From an uncultured Opitutales bacterium (lineage in GTDB: Bacteria > Verrucomicrobiota > Verrucomicrobiia > Opitutales > Seribacteraceae): a DNA stretch of 50,216 nt. The translations under genes were made by a program, and so were the position numbers. Shown piece after piece: positions 17,728 through 25,825 of this stretch (positions within the stretch are counted from its first letter, which is position 1; every line of letters starts with the position of its first letter). Location of the stretch: positions 1 through 50,216 of the forward strand of contig CAWVZQ010000001.1 in assembly GCA_963934405.1 (NCBI GenBank). Reading direction: 5' to 3'. The notes beneath the pieces are model-generated. The model did not search any database, was not told the origin of the DNA, and saw only the letters and a list, made by a program, of their open reading frames with translations.

Positions 17728-18834
17728 ATGAACGCAAAAACCATAGCTATTCTGCTATCGATCACTTGTTTTGCATCCGCAAGTGGGCAGTCCGCCTACG
17801 ACAAAATTTGGAGCAAAGTGGTATGGTATGAGAATGAGGAGAACGACGTTTTTCAGAAGCTTGCATTCACGGGTCGTCTGCAAGGAGACTATCATAGCTT
17901 TGATGATGACGCTGGAGGAACATCCGAAAGCGACTACGATTGGCGACGTTTTCGAGTTGGCTTCAAAGCCTCTTTTTTTAATAGGCTGACCCTCCATTCG
18001 GAGGCCGACATGAACCTCAATGATCCTTCGCCTCTCTACAAGAAACTTACGGATACCTACCTTTCATGGACCACGGCAGGCGCGGTGAGGATCAAGGTGG
18101 GAAAGCAATCGGCGCCTTTTACTTTACATGGTTCGACGTCATCCAAAAAGCTTTACACTCTCGAAAGAGGTAAGGTTGCAAGTAATATCTGGTTTTCCAA
18201 TGAATACTATTCCGGGTTTACCATCTCAGGCAAAAAAGGCAGTTGGGAGTATTTCACCGGAATCTACTCGAGCGATCTTGGACCGGAGTTCGACGAGGCT
18301 TTTGACTACGGTTGCTTTGGTCTTATTTCCTTGGGATACAACTTTAAGGAAAATTTAGAATTGGATAACGCCTTGGTTCGCTTGGATTACGTCAAGCAAC
18401 AAGAAGATACGGCGAATCCCTCAAAACAGCCTGATCACAAGAATATAACTTCATTGGTAACCAAGTTCGAGAAGGATAATCTGCACCTCTGGGCAGACCT
18501 AAGCTTTTCCGATGGATATGGCTCCCAAAGCGATCTATTTGGTCTGCAGTTCATGCCCTTCTACGATATTACGGACAAGACCCAAGCGGTTTTTAGCTAC
18601 ACTTACCTAAAAAGCTCCGGCGGAGACGGTATCAAGCTAACCAAATACGAGAAGGATTTGTTTGGTGGCAAGGGCAACAAAACCAGTGAGAGCTTTCTCG
18701 GTCTGAATCACTTCTTTTATGGGCATAAGTTGAAGTGGCAAAATGGAATCCAATACACTGAAATGGAGACCACCTCGGCTGGCGACAAGTACGATGGCTG
18801 GGGGTTTACCTCCGGAATCCGTATCAGTTGGTAA
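17728..18834 (+). CDS. Phosphate-selective porin O/P (OprO/OprP)-family outer-membrane protein
   Basis: Signal peptide 'MNAKTIAILLSITCFASASG'. Beta-barrel-like alternating pattern, 'FTGRLQGDY', aromatic C-terminus 'GIRISW'. Sits between phoBR and a Na/Pi transporter. Confidence 0.65.
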   Translation: MNAKTIAILLSITCFASASGQSAYDKIWSKVVWYENEENDVFQKLAFTGRLQGDYHSFDDDAGGTSESDYDWRRFRVGFKASFFNRLTLHSEADMNLNDPSPLYKKLTDTYLSWTTAGAVRIKVGKQSAPFTLHGSTSSKKLYTLERGKVASNIWFSNEYYSGFTISGKKGSWEYFTGIYSSDLGPEFDEAFDYGCFGLISLGYNFKENLELDNALVRLDYVKQQEDTANPSKQPDHKNITSLVTKFEKDNLHLWADLSFSDGYGSQSDLFGLQFMPFYDITDKTQAVFSYTYLKSSGGDGIKLTKYEKDLFGGKGNKTSESFLGLNHFFYGHKLKWQNGIQYTEMETTSAGDKYDGWGFTSGIRISW

Positions 18835-18877
18835 ATGAAGCCTCATTTTTCCGAAACATCTAAACCTGGTCTAAAAA

Positions 18878-20710
18878 ATGGAACATATTGACTTTTGGGA
18901 TTTCTTTGTTGGCTTCCTTTACGTGTTGGGGGGGTTGGGCATCTTCCTCTTCGGCATGAGGGTGATGAGCGAAGGCATCCAAAAAGTAGCGGGAGAGGGC
19001 ATGCGCAGGATTATGGCGACGATGACCCAGAATCGTTTCTTCGGGCTCATGACGGGGGTGACGGTTACCTGTCTCGTGCAATCTTCATCGGCAACGACCG
19101 TGATGGTGGTGAGCTTCGTAAATGCTCAATTACTCACTTTGACAGAGTCAATAGGGATTATAATGGGAGCGAACCTTGGCACTACGTTGACGGGTTGGAT
19201 CATTGCGACCGTGGGCAAATTCAGTCTTTCAAAGATCGCCTTGCCCATAATTGGAGTGGGCCTGCCCATGATTTTCGTGAGCAAGCCGAGGGTAAAAAAC
19301 TTGGGTGAGGTGCTAGTCGGTTTCGGTTTGCTTTTCTTTGGCCTTAGCGAACTGAAGGATGCTGTTCCCGATGTCAAAACCCTGCTCAAGAGTACCGAAC
19401 CTGCCGATCAACTCCTGGTACAGGACATACAATCTCTGATCGAGCAATTGAACAGTTTCGGTTTCGGATCCGTTTTGATCTTTCTCGGGATAGGGGTCGT
19501 CTTGACGCTTCTTGTTCAGTCTTCGTCTGCCGCAATGGGGATCACGATCATCGTGGCCATTAACGGTTGGATCAATTTCGAGATCGCTGCCGCTATTGTG
19601 ATGGGGGAAAACATAGGAACCACCGTCACTGCGTGGTTGGCCTCTTTGGGAGCCAACTTGAACGCCAGGCGTGCGGCTCGTGCTCACTTTCTCTTCAATG
19701 TGGCGGGGGTTTGCTGGATGTTGCTCTTGTTTTACCCGTTCATCGCCATGGTGGACGGGGTCATGCCGGGTTCCATTCACCAAAAAGATGTTACGGCTCA
19801 AGAAATAGCGGTTTTTCGCAAAGTGCAATCCTTGGAAGCCGAGGGCATGGGCGACGAAAAAATTAAGAAGGCGATTGTGGATTGGAACACCCCGCTCCAC
19901 TTATCTTTGTTTCATACCCTCTTTAATCTCTGCAATATCTGTCTCCTGATCGGGTTCTCTCCGCATTTGGGGAGATTGGCCGAGAAATTGGTGAATCCTC
20001 GAACATCGAACGGGAAGGAACCTGTCCCGGGAAGTCTCGCCTCGATTCACTATGAGGGTTCGGGTCTGCTGCCCAAGACAGGTGAGCTGAATCTTGCCTT
20101 GGTCGAGGCGGAGGTCAATCGGCTTGCCGCCGTGACCCGTTACATGTTCGAAGGGTTCGTCGAGATATTCGAACACCCCGAGGAAGACAAGGGTCCGTTT
20201 ATTAAGGAGCTTATCGAATTGGAGGACAAGTGCGACGAACTTGCTTTCGAAATCACCCAAACGCTCATTCACTGTACGACCGAGAGTCTTGCTGGTGAAA
20301 GCGCATTGCACGTTACTGCTCTGCTTAGGGTGACTGCTGAACTGGAGGACATCGGTGACTGTTGCCACCGCTTAGTCCAATTGGCCCACCGGAAATACCG
20401 TAAGCAGCGTATTCTGCCCGAGGAAACAAAGAAGGAAATAAAGATTTTCTCGGAACAGATTCTCGACTTCATGGAGCTTTACCAGACTCACTTGAAGGAC
20501 AAGAGCATTCTTCCTGACATGGCCGAGGCTGAGCAAATCGAGCAGCGCATCGACGCTTCCAGAAAGATGCTTCGCAAGAGTGCCGTCAAGCGAATGAAAG
20601 AATCGGTGAACGTGAAGGCGGAAATGATCTACGTGGACATTCTCAACGAGATGGAGAGGATCGGCAACGACGCCCTAAACGTCGTTCATGCCCTCAACCA
20701 CGTGGTCTGA
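18878..20710 (+). CDS. Na+/phosphate cotransporter family protein with C-terminal PhoU-like domain
   Basis: 'LGIFLFGMRVMSEGIQKVAG', duplicated 'QSSSATTVMVVSFVNA' / 'QSSSAAMGITIIVA', 'GANLGTT' / 'GENIGTT'. Helical PhoU-like C-terminus. Confidence 0.85.
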   Translation: MEHIDFWDFFVGFLYVLGGLGIFLFGMRVMSEGIQKVAGEGMRRIMATMTQNRFFGLMTGVTVTCLVQSSSATTVMVVSFVNAQLLTLTESIGIIMGANLGTTLTGWIIATVGKFSLSKIALPIIGVGLPMIFVSKPRVKNLGEVLVGFGLLFFGLSELKDAVPDVKTLLKSTEPADQLLVQDIQSLIEQLNSFGFGSVLIFLGIGVVLTLLVQSSSAAMGITIIVAINGWINFEIAAAIVMGENIGTTVTAWLASLGANLNARRAARAHFLFNVAGVCWMLLLFYPFIAMVDGVMPGSIHQKDVTAQEIAVFRKVQSLEAEGMGDEKIKKAIVDWNTPLHLSLFHTLFNLCNICLLIGFSPHLGRLAEKLVNPRTSNGKEPVPGSLASIHYEGSGLLPKTGELNLALVEAEVNRLAAVTRYMFEGFVEIFEHPEEDKGPFIKELIELEDKCDELAFEITQTLIHCTTESLAGESALHVTALLRVTAELEDIGDCCHRLVQLAHRKYRKQRILPEETKKEIKIFSEQILDFMELYQTHLKDKSILPDMAEAEQIEQRIDASRKMLRKSAVKRMKESVNVKAEMIYVDILNEMERIGNDALNVVHALNHVV

Positions 20711-20740
20711 CTCTTCCGCCGGTTTCCGTTTGGCAAAGCC

Positions 20741-21169
20741 TTATACGACCGAGGGTATCCACTGCTCGACTCTGTCTCTGATGAGATCTCGGATTTCGCG
20801 GGTCCGCTCCAATTTTTCTTCCTCCGCGACTTGCAAGGTGGACGGATCGGGGAATCCCCAATGCAATCGCTTGACTGCCCTCGGGAAGGTCGGGCATCGT
20901 TCCGCGGATGCCTCGTCGCAGACGGTTATTACATAGGCGAACTCTTGGGCCCGGGGAATGAAATGTTCGACGGAGTCGCAAGTGTTCTTCGAAATATCCA
21001 CACCCACTTCTTGCATGGATTCGACGACGATGGGGTTCAACTTGCCTGGCTCGATGCCTGCGCTTTCGGCTTCGAATCTTCCCTTGGCGAATTGATTGAG
21101 AAAAGCCTCCGCCATTTGTGAACGAGCGCTGTTGTGAATGCATACGAATAAAACCTTTTGCATCCTCAT
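20741..21169 (-). CDS. arsC: Arsenate reductase, thioredoxin-coupled LMW-PTP type
   Basis: 'KVLFVCIHNSARSQMAEAF' (C-x5-R-S P-loop). 'VITVCDEASAERCP' gives the second and third Cys as in B. subtilis ArsC. 'HWGFPDP'. The start among M1/M11/M13 is uncertain. Confidence 0.85.
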   Translation of the reverse strand: MRMQKVLFVCIHNSARSQMAEAFLNQFAKGRFEAESAGIEPGKLNPIVVESMQEVGVDISKNTCDSVEHFIPRAQEFAYVITVCDEASAERCPTFPRAVKRLHWGFPDPSTLQVAEEEKLERTREIRDLIRDRVEQWIPSVV

Positions 21170-21334
21170 ATACCAAAGTCTACTTCTCTGAATGGTCAAG
21201 CCATGGAGAGTGAGTATTGTGAGCAGCCTGTAACTAATCCGTTTTCTTTAGGACCATATAAGCGATAAATCCTATGTTTTGTTTCATCCGGCTTGCCACG
21301 ATGGGCCTGTGTCGTTGCGATGTTAGATAAAGTT

Positions 21335-22018
21335 ATGTCCTTTCTGGAAGTCAGTCACTTACGCAAGAGCTTTGTTTCGCCTGACGGCGGGAAGTCTCTC
21401 GTAGTGGATGTAGAAAATTTTTCCCTGTCGGCAGGAGACCTCTTCGGCATGCGTGGCGAAAGTGGTTCGGGGAAAACAACGTTTCTTCATCTTTTGGCGG
21501 GCATACTTCGACCAGACGAGGGATCCATCATTCTGGACGGGACCGAAGTGTCCAAATTGAACGAGGCCGCTCGCGATCACCTTCGGGCCTCTGCAATCGG
21601 TTATGTCTTCCAGTCTTTCAACCTTCTTCAGGGTTTTACCTGTCTCGAAAACATCATGCTCGCCATGTCCTTTGCCGGGAAGGTGAACGAGACTCGAGCC
21701 AAGGAGTTGCTTGATCGGGTAGGCCTTTCTCACCGTTTGGCTCATTATCCCCGTCAGCTTTCTATTGGGCAGCAGCAACGCGTGGCCCTCGCTCGGGCCT
21801 TGGCTAATCGTCCCAAACTAGTATTGGCCGACGAGCCAACGGGCAACCTCGATCCTAGCAATGCCCACAAGGCCCTCGCTCTCCTCCGAGAACTTTGCTG
21901 CGATGCCGGGTCGGCTCTCCTCCTCGTGAGTCACGATGAGAACGTGATCGGTGGCTTTGACGAAAATCTTGATTGGAGTGACCTCAACCGAGCCTTCGCC
22001 GAGGCGATGAACGATTGA
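21335..22018 (+). CDS. ABC transporter ATP-binding protein (MacB/LolD-type)
   Basis: Walker A 'GESGSGKTT', Q-loop 'YVFQSFNLL', signature 'LSIGQQQRVALARAL', Walker B 'LVLADEPTGNLD'. The internal Met ('MSFLEV') is preferred. Confidence 0.85.
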   Translation: MSFLEVSHLRKSFVSPDGGKSLVVDVENFSLSAGDLFGMRGESGSGKTTFLHLLAGILRPDEGSIILDGTEVSKLNEAARDHLRASAIGYVFQSFNLLQGFTCLENIMLAMSFAGKVNETRAKELLDRVGLSHRLAHYPRQLSIGQQQRVALARALANRPKLVLADEPTGNLDPSNAHKALALLRELCCDAGSALLLVSHDENVIGGFDENLDWSDLNRAFAEAMND

Positions 22019-22022
22019 TCCG

Positions 22023-23243
22023 ATGTTGCGCTCCGGTCCATGGATAATCCTCTTCCTCGCGACCCGCGGGTTGCGGCAATATGCCTTTTCCACTGCAGTG
22101 GCATCGCTTGCGATTGCCTTGGCGGGAGGCCTGTTTCTTGGAACTTGGAAAATCAAGGAGGAAGCGAAAAACGCGTTTTCTCGTTCTTCGGGAGGCTACG
22201 ATGCCGTCCTCGGGGCAAGAGGTTCCAAGCTGCAACTCGTACTCAACGGCCTTTTTCATCTCGAGGCCTCGCCCGGTAATCTTTCATGGGAACAGTATGA
22301 ACTCATTCGTGATACTCGAGGCGTAAGCGAAGCCTATCCAATCGCCGTGGGCGACAACTATCATGGCTTTCGTCTTGTCGGAACGCTTGCCGAGATGTTT
22401 GAAAAGCACGAATGGCGAAAAGGTCGGAAATACATTGTACAATCCGGCGGTCGACTTTTCACCGACAATGCGAAAGAGGCTCTTGTTGGAGCCTTTGTCG
22501 CTCGTAACCTTGGCTTGAAGGTGGGCGATAACTTTCATCCCTATCACGGTCTCACCTTCAAGGAAGAGGCGAAGCACAAGGATCTCTATGTCGTTGTCGG
22601 CATACTTGAGGCTACGGGTACCCCTAGCGACAAGGTTATATGGATTCCGATCAAGGGTATCCAGCTTATGGATGGGCATAACCCAGAGACCGCTACCGAC
22701 GTCAGTGCCGTTCTTCTTAACCTCAAGGGTGCTGCTGGGTTCATGCTGGACATGAAGTACAACAAGCAAGGCAATGTAGCCACACTCGCTTGGCCTGTTG
22801 CGGGCACCCTTGCTAGTTTCTTTGAGCGACTCGTTTGGTTTCAGCGTGTGCTTGAGATTATAGCCTATCTTGTCGCCTTTGTGGCGGCCTGCGTCATTCT
22901 CGCTATTTTGCGAAACGCCATGAACGAGCGCCGGCGAGAGATCGCCATCTTGCGTAGTCTCGGCGCTCGGCGTGCTACGGTCACGGCGGTCGTTCTCGCC
23001 CAGGCCGGACTGATTACTCTGCTGGGGATAGTGGGCGCCGCCTTCGCCTATTTGGGTATCGGCTTTCTCGCGGCTTCCGTGGTACGCGAGCAAACGGGTG
23101 TGCTTCTTGAGCCTTTCACCTATGATCCGAGCTTCTTTTACGTTCCAATCGGTATGCTTGCCGTAGGGTTTTTAAGCGGTTTGTTGCCTGCTCTCCAAGC
23201 TTACCGATCCGATGTAGCCAAGAACCTCGTCCAGCAGTCTTGA
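22023..23243 (+). CDS. FtsX/MacB-type ABC permease with ~210-aa periplasmic domain
   Basis: TM1, then a large extracytoplasmic domain, then three C-terminal TMs. 'ERRREIAILRSLGARRA' is the FtsX cytoplasmic-loop signature. Confidence 0.85.
   Translation: MLRSGPWIILFLATRGLRQYAFSTAVASLAIALAGGLFLGTWKIKEEAKNAFSRSSGGYDAVLGARGSKLQLVLNGLFHLEASPGNLSWEQYELIRDTRGVSEAYPIAVGDNYHGFRLVGTLAEMFEKHEWRKGRKYIVQSGGRLFTDNAKEALVGAFVARNLGLKVGDNFHPYHGLTFKEEAKHKDLYVVVGILEATGTPSDKVIWIPIKGIQLMDGHNPETATDVSAVLLNLKGAAGFMLDMKYNKQGNVATLAWPVAGTLASFFERLVWFQRVLEIIAYLVAFVAACVILAILRNAMNERRREIAILRSLGARRATVTAVVLAQAGLITLLGIVGAAFAYLGIGFLAASVVREQTGVLLEPFTYDPSFFYVPIGMLAVGFLSGLLPALQAYRSDVAKNLVQQS
22200..22826 (+). repeat. Copy A of a ~630-bp intra-locus duplication (periplasmic domain of FtsX permease)
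   Basis: Collinear DNA and protein similarity to 24209-24835. Includes a 35-nt identical tract, 22527-22561 = 24536-24570 ('gataactttcatccctatcacggtctcaccttcaa'). Confidence 0.8.
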
Positions 23244-23374
23244 ATAAGTGATGGTAGTGAAAGCCCTTTAAAGCTATATTGTTCTAAGTGGTAGATGCTT
23301 TGCACCGCCCGATGCTTGCAATAAATCCTCAAGTTTGATTAACTCTTCTACTTTGCGCACCACTTTGATTTTCC

Positions 23375-23959
23375 GTGAAGACTTATAGTAAAGCATTCCA
23401 TTGGAGATTGTTTTCGATCTCCATACTTGCCTTTTTTTTGGGTGCTTGCGGTGCCGAGGACGGATTGGTGGATGATGGAAAGAATGCTCCTCCATCGATC
23501 CCACAGGATTACCTTCCCGAAATTGCCCGACCATCCTTCCCAAAAGTTAATTTCGGAGTCCTTACGGGTTTTCGGTATAATGTGAATTGGGAAACCGATG
23601 GCAGGAGTCCTGATCAAGCCGCTTTTGCGCGCCGCGTACCTTCTGCTGCCCGCAGCCTGCATGGTCGTCGGGTCTCGGTAGAAGGCTATATGATTCCCGT
23701 GACCCTTATCGAAAATGATTCCAAGACTACCGAGTTCCTTTTGCTCCCCGACACCAAGGCATGTTGCGAAGGAAAGACCCCAAAGCAAAACGGTTGGATC
23801 CTCGTGAGGACCCCGCCGAAAGGCGAAAAGCCAGAATTAGACAAACTCTTGCGTGTCACCGGCGAATTTACTGTCCAAGAAAGATGGAACCCTTCTGATG
23901 GTTTTTTTAAGGGTCTTTATCATATGACTTGCGAAGACGTGACTCCCATTGCTTTATAG
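23375..23959 (+). CDS. DUF3299-like lipoprotein
   Basis: GTG start. Lipobox 'AFFLGACG'. 'VSVEGYMIPV...TEFLLLPDTKACCEGKTPKQNGWILV...LRVTGEF...GLYHMTCEDV' follows the DUF3299 pattern ('V.I.GF.VPL...EFLLVPYFGACIHVPPPP.NQ...V.G.L...Y.M'). Confidence 0.6.
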   Translation: MKTYSKAFHWRLFSISILAFFLGACGAEDGLVDDGKNAPPSIPQDYLPEIARPSFPKVNFGVLTGFRYNVNWETDGRSPDQAAFARRVPSAARSLHGRRVSVEGYMIPVTLIENDSKTTEFLLLPDTKACCEGKTPKQNGWILVRTPPKGEKPELDKLLRVTGEFTVQERWNPSDGFFKGLYHMTCEDVTPIAL

Positions 23960-23983
23960 TTTGTGCCAACGGAATTCAAGAAA

Positions 23984-25537
23984 ATGAAGACTACACTCAC
24001 CATCACTGGGATCATCACAGTATGTCTTCTTGGTGGTTGTGGTGGCGAGGGAGGAATCCAAGATTCTTCGGATTCTGTACCAAAAGGTGAACCCATTAGG
24101 GGAGAACCTATAACGGTTGAAAAAAAGGAATTGGACAGTTGGGAGGTCGTCGCAACTGAGATCAAGGAACTGAACGCAAGTGCTTTTCGCGCATTGAAAT
24201 GCGGGTTTGATGCCGTGCTGGGGGCTCGTGGTTCGAAAATACAGCTGGTTCTCAATAGTCTCCTGCATCTGGAGTCTTCCCCCGGCAATCTTTCCTGGGA
24301 GGAGTACGAAACTATTCGCGACACCCGTGGAGTGAGCGAAGCTTATCCAATCGCCGTCGGCGATAATTTCCGCGGTCATCGCTTGGTTGGAGCTCTTTCG
24401 GAAATGTTCGAAAAACACGAGTGGCGGGAGGGACAAAAGTACAACGTTCTACCCGAAGGGCGTATTTACAAGGATGATGCCAAGGAAGCACTCGTCGGAA
24501 GTTTTGCGGCTCGGAAATTGGGCCTTAAGGTGGGGGATAACTTTCATCCCTATCACGGTCTCACCTTCAACGAGGGAGCGAAGCATAAGGATGTTTATCT
24601 GGTTGTAGGCATACTTGAAGCTACGGGCACGTCTGCCGACAATGTCATTTGGATTCCCGTTCAGGGAATTCAGCTCATGGATGGTCATGATCCCAAGTTC
24701 GCCAAGGATATTAGCGCCGTTCTACTTAAACTAGACGGAGCCACCGGCTTTAGGTTGGACATGAAGTACAATAAGCAAGGCAAGTCGGTCACGCTTGCTT
24801 GGCCCTTGGAAAGAGTGTTGGCGGGGTTTTTCCAAGGAGGTTTGCCTCGATACCTGAAACTCGCTCGTCAGTTCGGGCAAGGCAACATGTCGGCCTTTGT
24901 TGATGGGGACTCGGTTTTACATGATGCTTTCGATGCCAAAGACGCCAACGTCACGATTGTGGAAGGGGAGGTGACAAGTGTCGGTGGGAAGATTGTTTCT
25001 CAGGTGACTTCTTCGGAGGAAAGGGAAATCGTGGATTTGCCCCCCCCTCCTGGGTCAGACTCCAACTTTTCTAATTTTCAGGATCCCGTGGTTTCAAACC
25101 TCCCCCCCTTGCCCAAGGGAAGCGGATACGCTCCTCTAAGTTTTGCAAGTATGTCGAAGTTCGCCTACGAGGTTGACTGGGAAAAGGATGGTATTAAATT
25201 CGACCTTTCGGCCTTCGCTCGTCGCGTCCCTATTACTGTCCGTCAAATGGATGGGCTAGCTGCAGCCGTTGAGGGGTTTATGATTCCCACCGTAGTAAAC
25301 GAAGATAATATGGTCACCGAGTTCTTGCTGCTCCCTGACCAAATGAGTTGCTGTTTTGGCAAAGCTCCCGAAGCCAACGGTTGGGTTGTCGTGACTGCAC
25401 CCAAGGGAGTTGAAATCATGATGGACAGGATTATTCGGGTGACCGGCACCATGGCCGTAGAGGAAAAATGGGACGAGGAGTTCTTCGTCGGCCTTTACCA
25501 CATGACCTGTGACAAGATTACGGGCCCGGCACTCTAA
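23984..25537 (+). CDS. Lipoprotein fusion: MacB/FtsX periplasmic-domain paralog (no TM domain) + DUF3299-like domain
   Basis: Lipobox 'VCLLGGCGG'. Residues ~83-291 (numbered from the 23963 ORF-track start) look roughly three-quarters identical by eye to residues 60-268 of the permease at 22023-23243. The C-terminus 'AAVEGFMIPT...TEFLLLPDQMSCCFGKAPEANGWVVV...IRVTGTM...GLYHMTCDKI' is paralogous to 23375-23959. Confidence 0.7.
   Translation: MKTTLTITGIITVCLLGGCGGEGGIQDSSDSVPKGEPIRGEPITVEKKELDSWEVVATEIKELNASAFRALKCGFDAVLGARGSKIQLVLNSLLHLESSPGNLSWEEYETIRDTRGVSEAYPIAVGDNFRGHRLVGALSEMFEKHEWREGQKYNVLPEGRIYKDDAKEALVGSFAARKLGLKVGDNFHPYHGLTFNEGAKHKDVYLVVGILEATGTSADNVIWIPVQGIQLMDGHDPKFAKDISAVLLKLDGATGFRLDMKYNKQGKSVTLAWPLERVLAGFFQGGLPRYLKLARQFGQGNMSAFVDGDSVLHDAFDAKDANVTIVEGEVTSVGGKIVSQVTSSEEREIVDLPPPPGSDSNFSNFQDPVVSNLPPLPKGSGYAPLSFASMSKFAYEVDWEKDGIKFDLSAFARRVPITVRQMDGLAAAVEGFMIPTVVNEDNMVTEFLLLPDQMSCCFGKAPEANGWVVVTAPKGVEIMMDRIIRVTGTMAVEEKWDEEFFVGLYHMTCDKITGPAL
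24209..24835 (+). repeat. Copy B of the ~630-bp duplication (inside the fusion lipoprotein gene)
   Basis: See copy A. Shared peptides include 'DAVLGARGSK', 'PGNLSWE', 'IRDTRGVSEAYPIAVGDN', 'MFEKHEWR', 'LGLKVGDNFHPYHGLTF', 'VVGILEATGT', 'DMKYNKQG'. Confidence 0.8.
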
Positions 25538-25546
25538 CTCTTGGCA

Positions 25547-25825
25547 TCACCCACCTGACATCGGGGTGATCAAAATCACCTCCGATTCGTCTTCTAGCGA
25601 AAGATCGTCCCTAAGGTCGACTTGGGTGTCATTTACGGCTACGACCAAGGTCGGTACCGGAGTCCCGTCGTCATTCACAACGAATTTCGAAAATTCGGGA
25701 CCATGTTCTCTAGAAATATTTCCAAGTAGCTCCACAAGCCCAATTCCATCGGCGACCTCGATGTCTTCCTCGGAGGTTCCTGCAGCAGTAGCAAGTTGCG
25801 AAGTGTAGCGAAGTGTGATTTTCAT
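25547..25825 (-). CDS. MoaD/ThiS-family ubiquitin-fold (beta-grasp) sulfur-carrier-like protein
   Basis: 92 aa. 'VAVNDTQVDLRDDLSLEDESEVILITPMSGG' has the same layout as the MoaD C-terminus ('AVN...V...L.DGDEVAFFPPVTGG') and ends in Gly-Gly. The ATG overlaps the stop of the ATPase gene (25822-25825). Confidence 0.8.
   Translation of the reverse strand: MKITLRYTSQLATAAGTSEEDIEVADGIGLVELLGNISREHGPEFSKFVVNDDGTPVPTLVVAVNDTQVDLRDDLSLEDESEVILITPMSGG

Noticed and set aside
20711-21169. ArsC convergent with the Na/Pi cotransporter as a functional arsenate/phosphate module.
   Set aside because: The idea is attractive because arsenate enters through phosphate transporters. However, the genes converge on opposite strands, and no arsR, arsB or acr3 is nearby. 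The adjacency may be fortuitous.
21170-21334. Zur/Fur-type operator upstream of the MacB-type/DUF3299 operon.
   Set aside because: The only candidate, 'ATGTTAGATAAAGTTATG' (~21320), is not palindromic and does not match the Zur-box consensus I know.
22284-23093. Long antisense ORFs opposite well-supported genes. Examples: 22284-23093(-) 269 aa, 19313-19900(-) 195 aa, 29260-29958(+) 232 aa, 45664-46200(-) 178 aa, 39870-40430(+) 186 aa, 7009-7512(+) 167 aa, 33522-34043(-) 173 aa.
   Set aside because: Each lies entirely within a gene on the other strand that has clear family motifs. Their translations are Arg/Ser/Pro/Gly-rich, low-complexity and motif-free. They are typical shadow ORFs.
11926-25825. 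MoeB-like E1 (11926-12657) and MoaD-like Ubl (25547-25825) as a dedicated E1-Ubl pair.
   Set aside because: They are 13 kb apart in different operons, with many unrelated genes between them. Functional pairing is possible, but the window gives no support for linkage.
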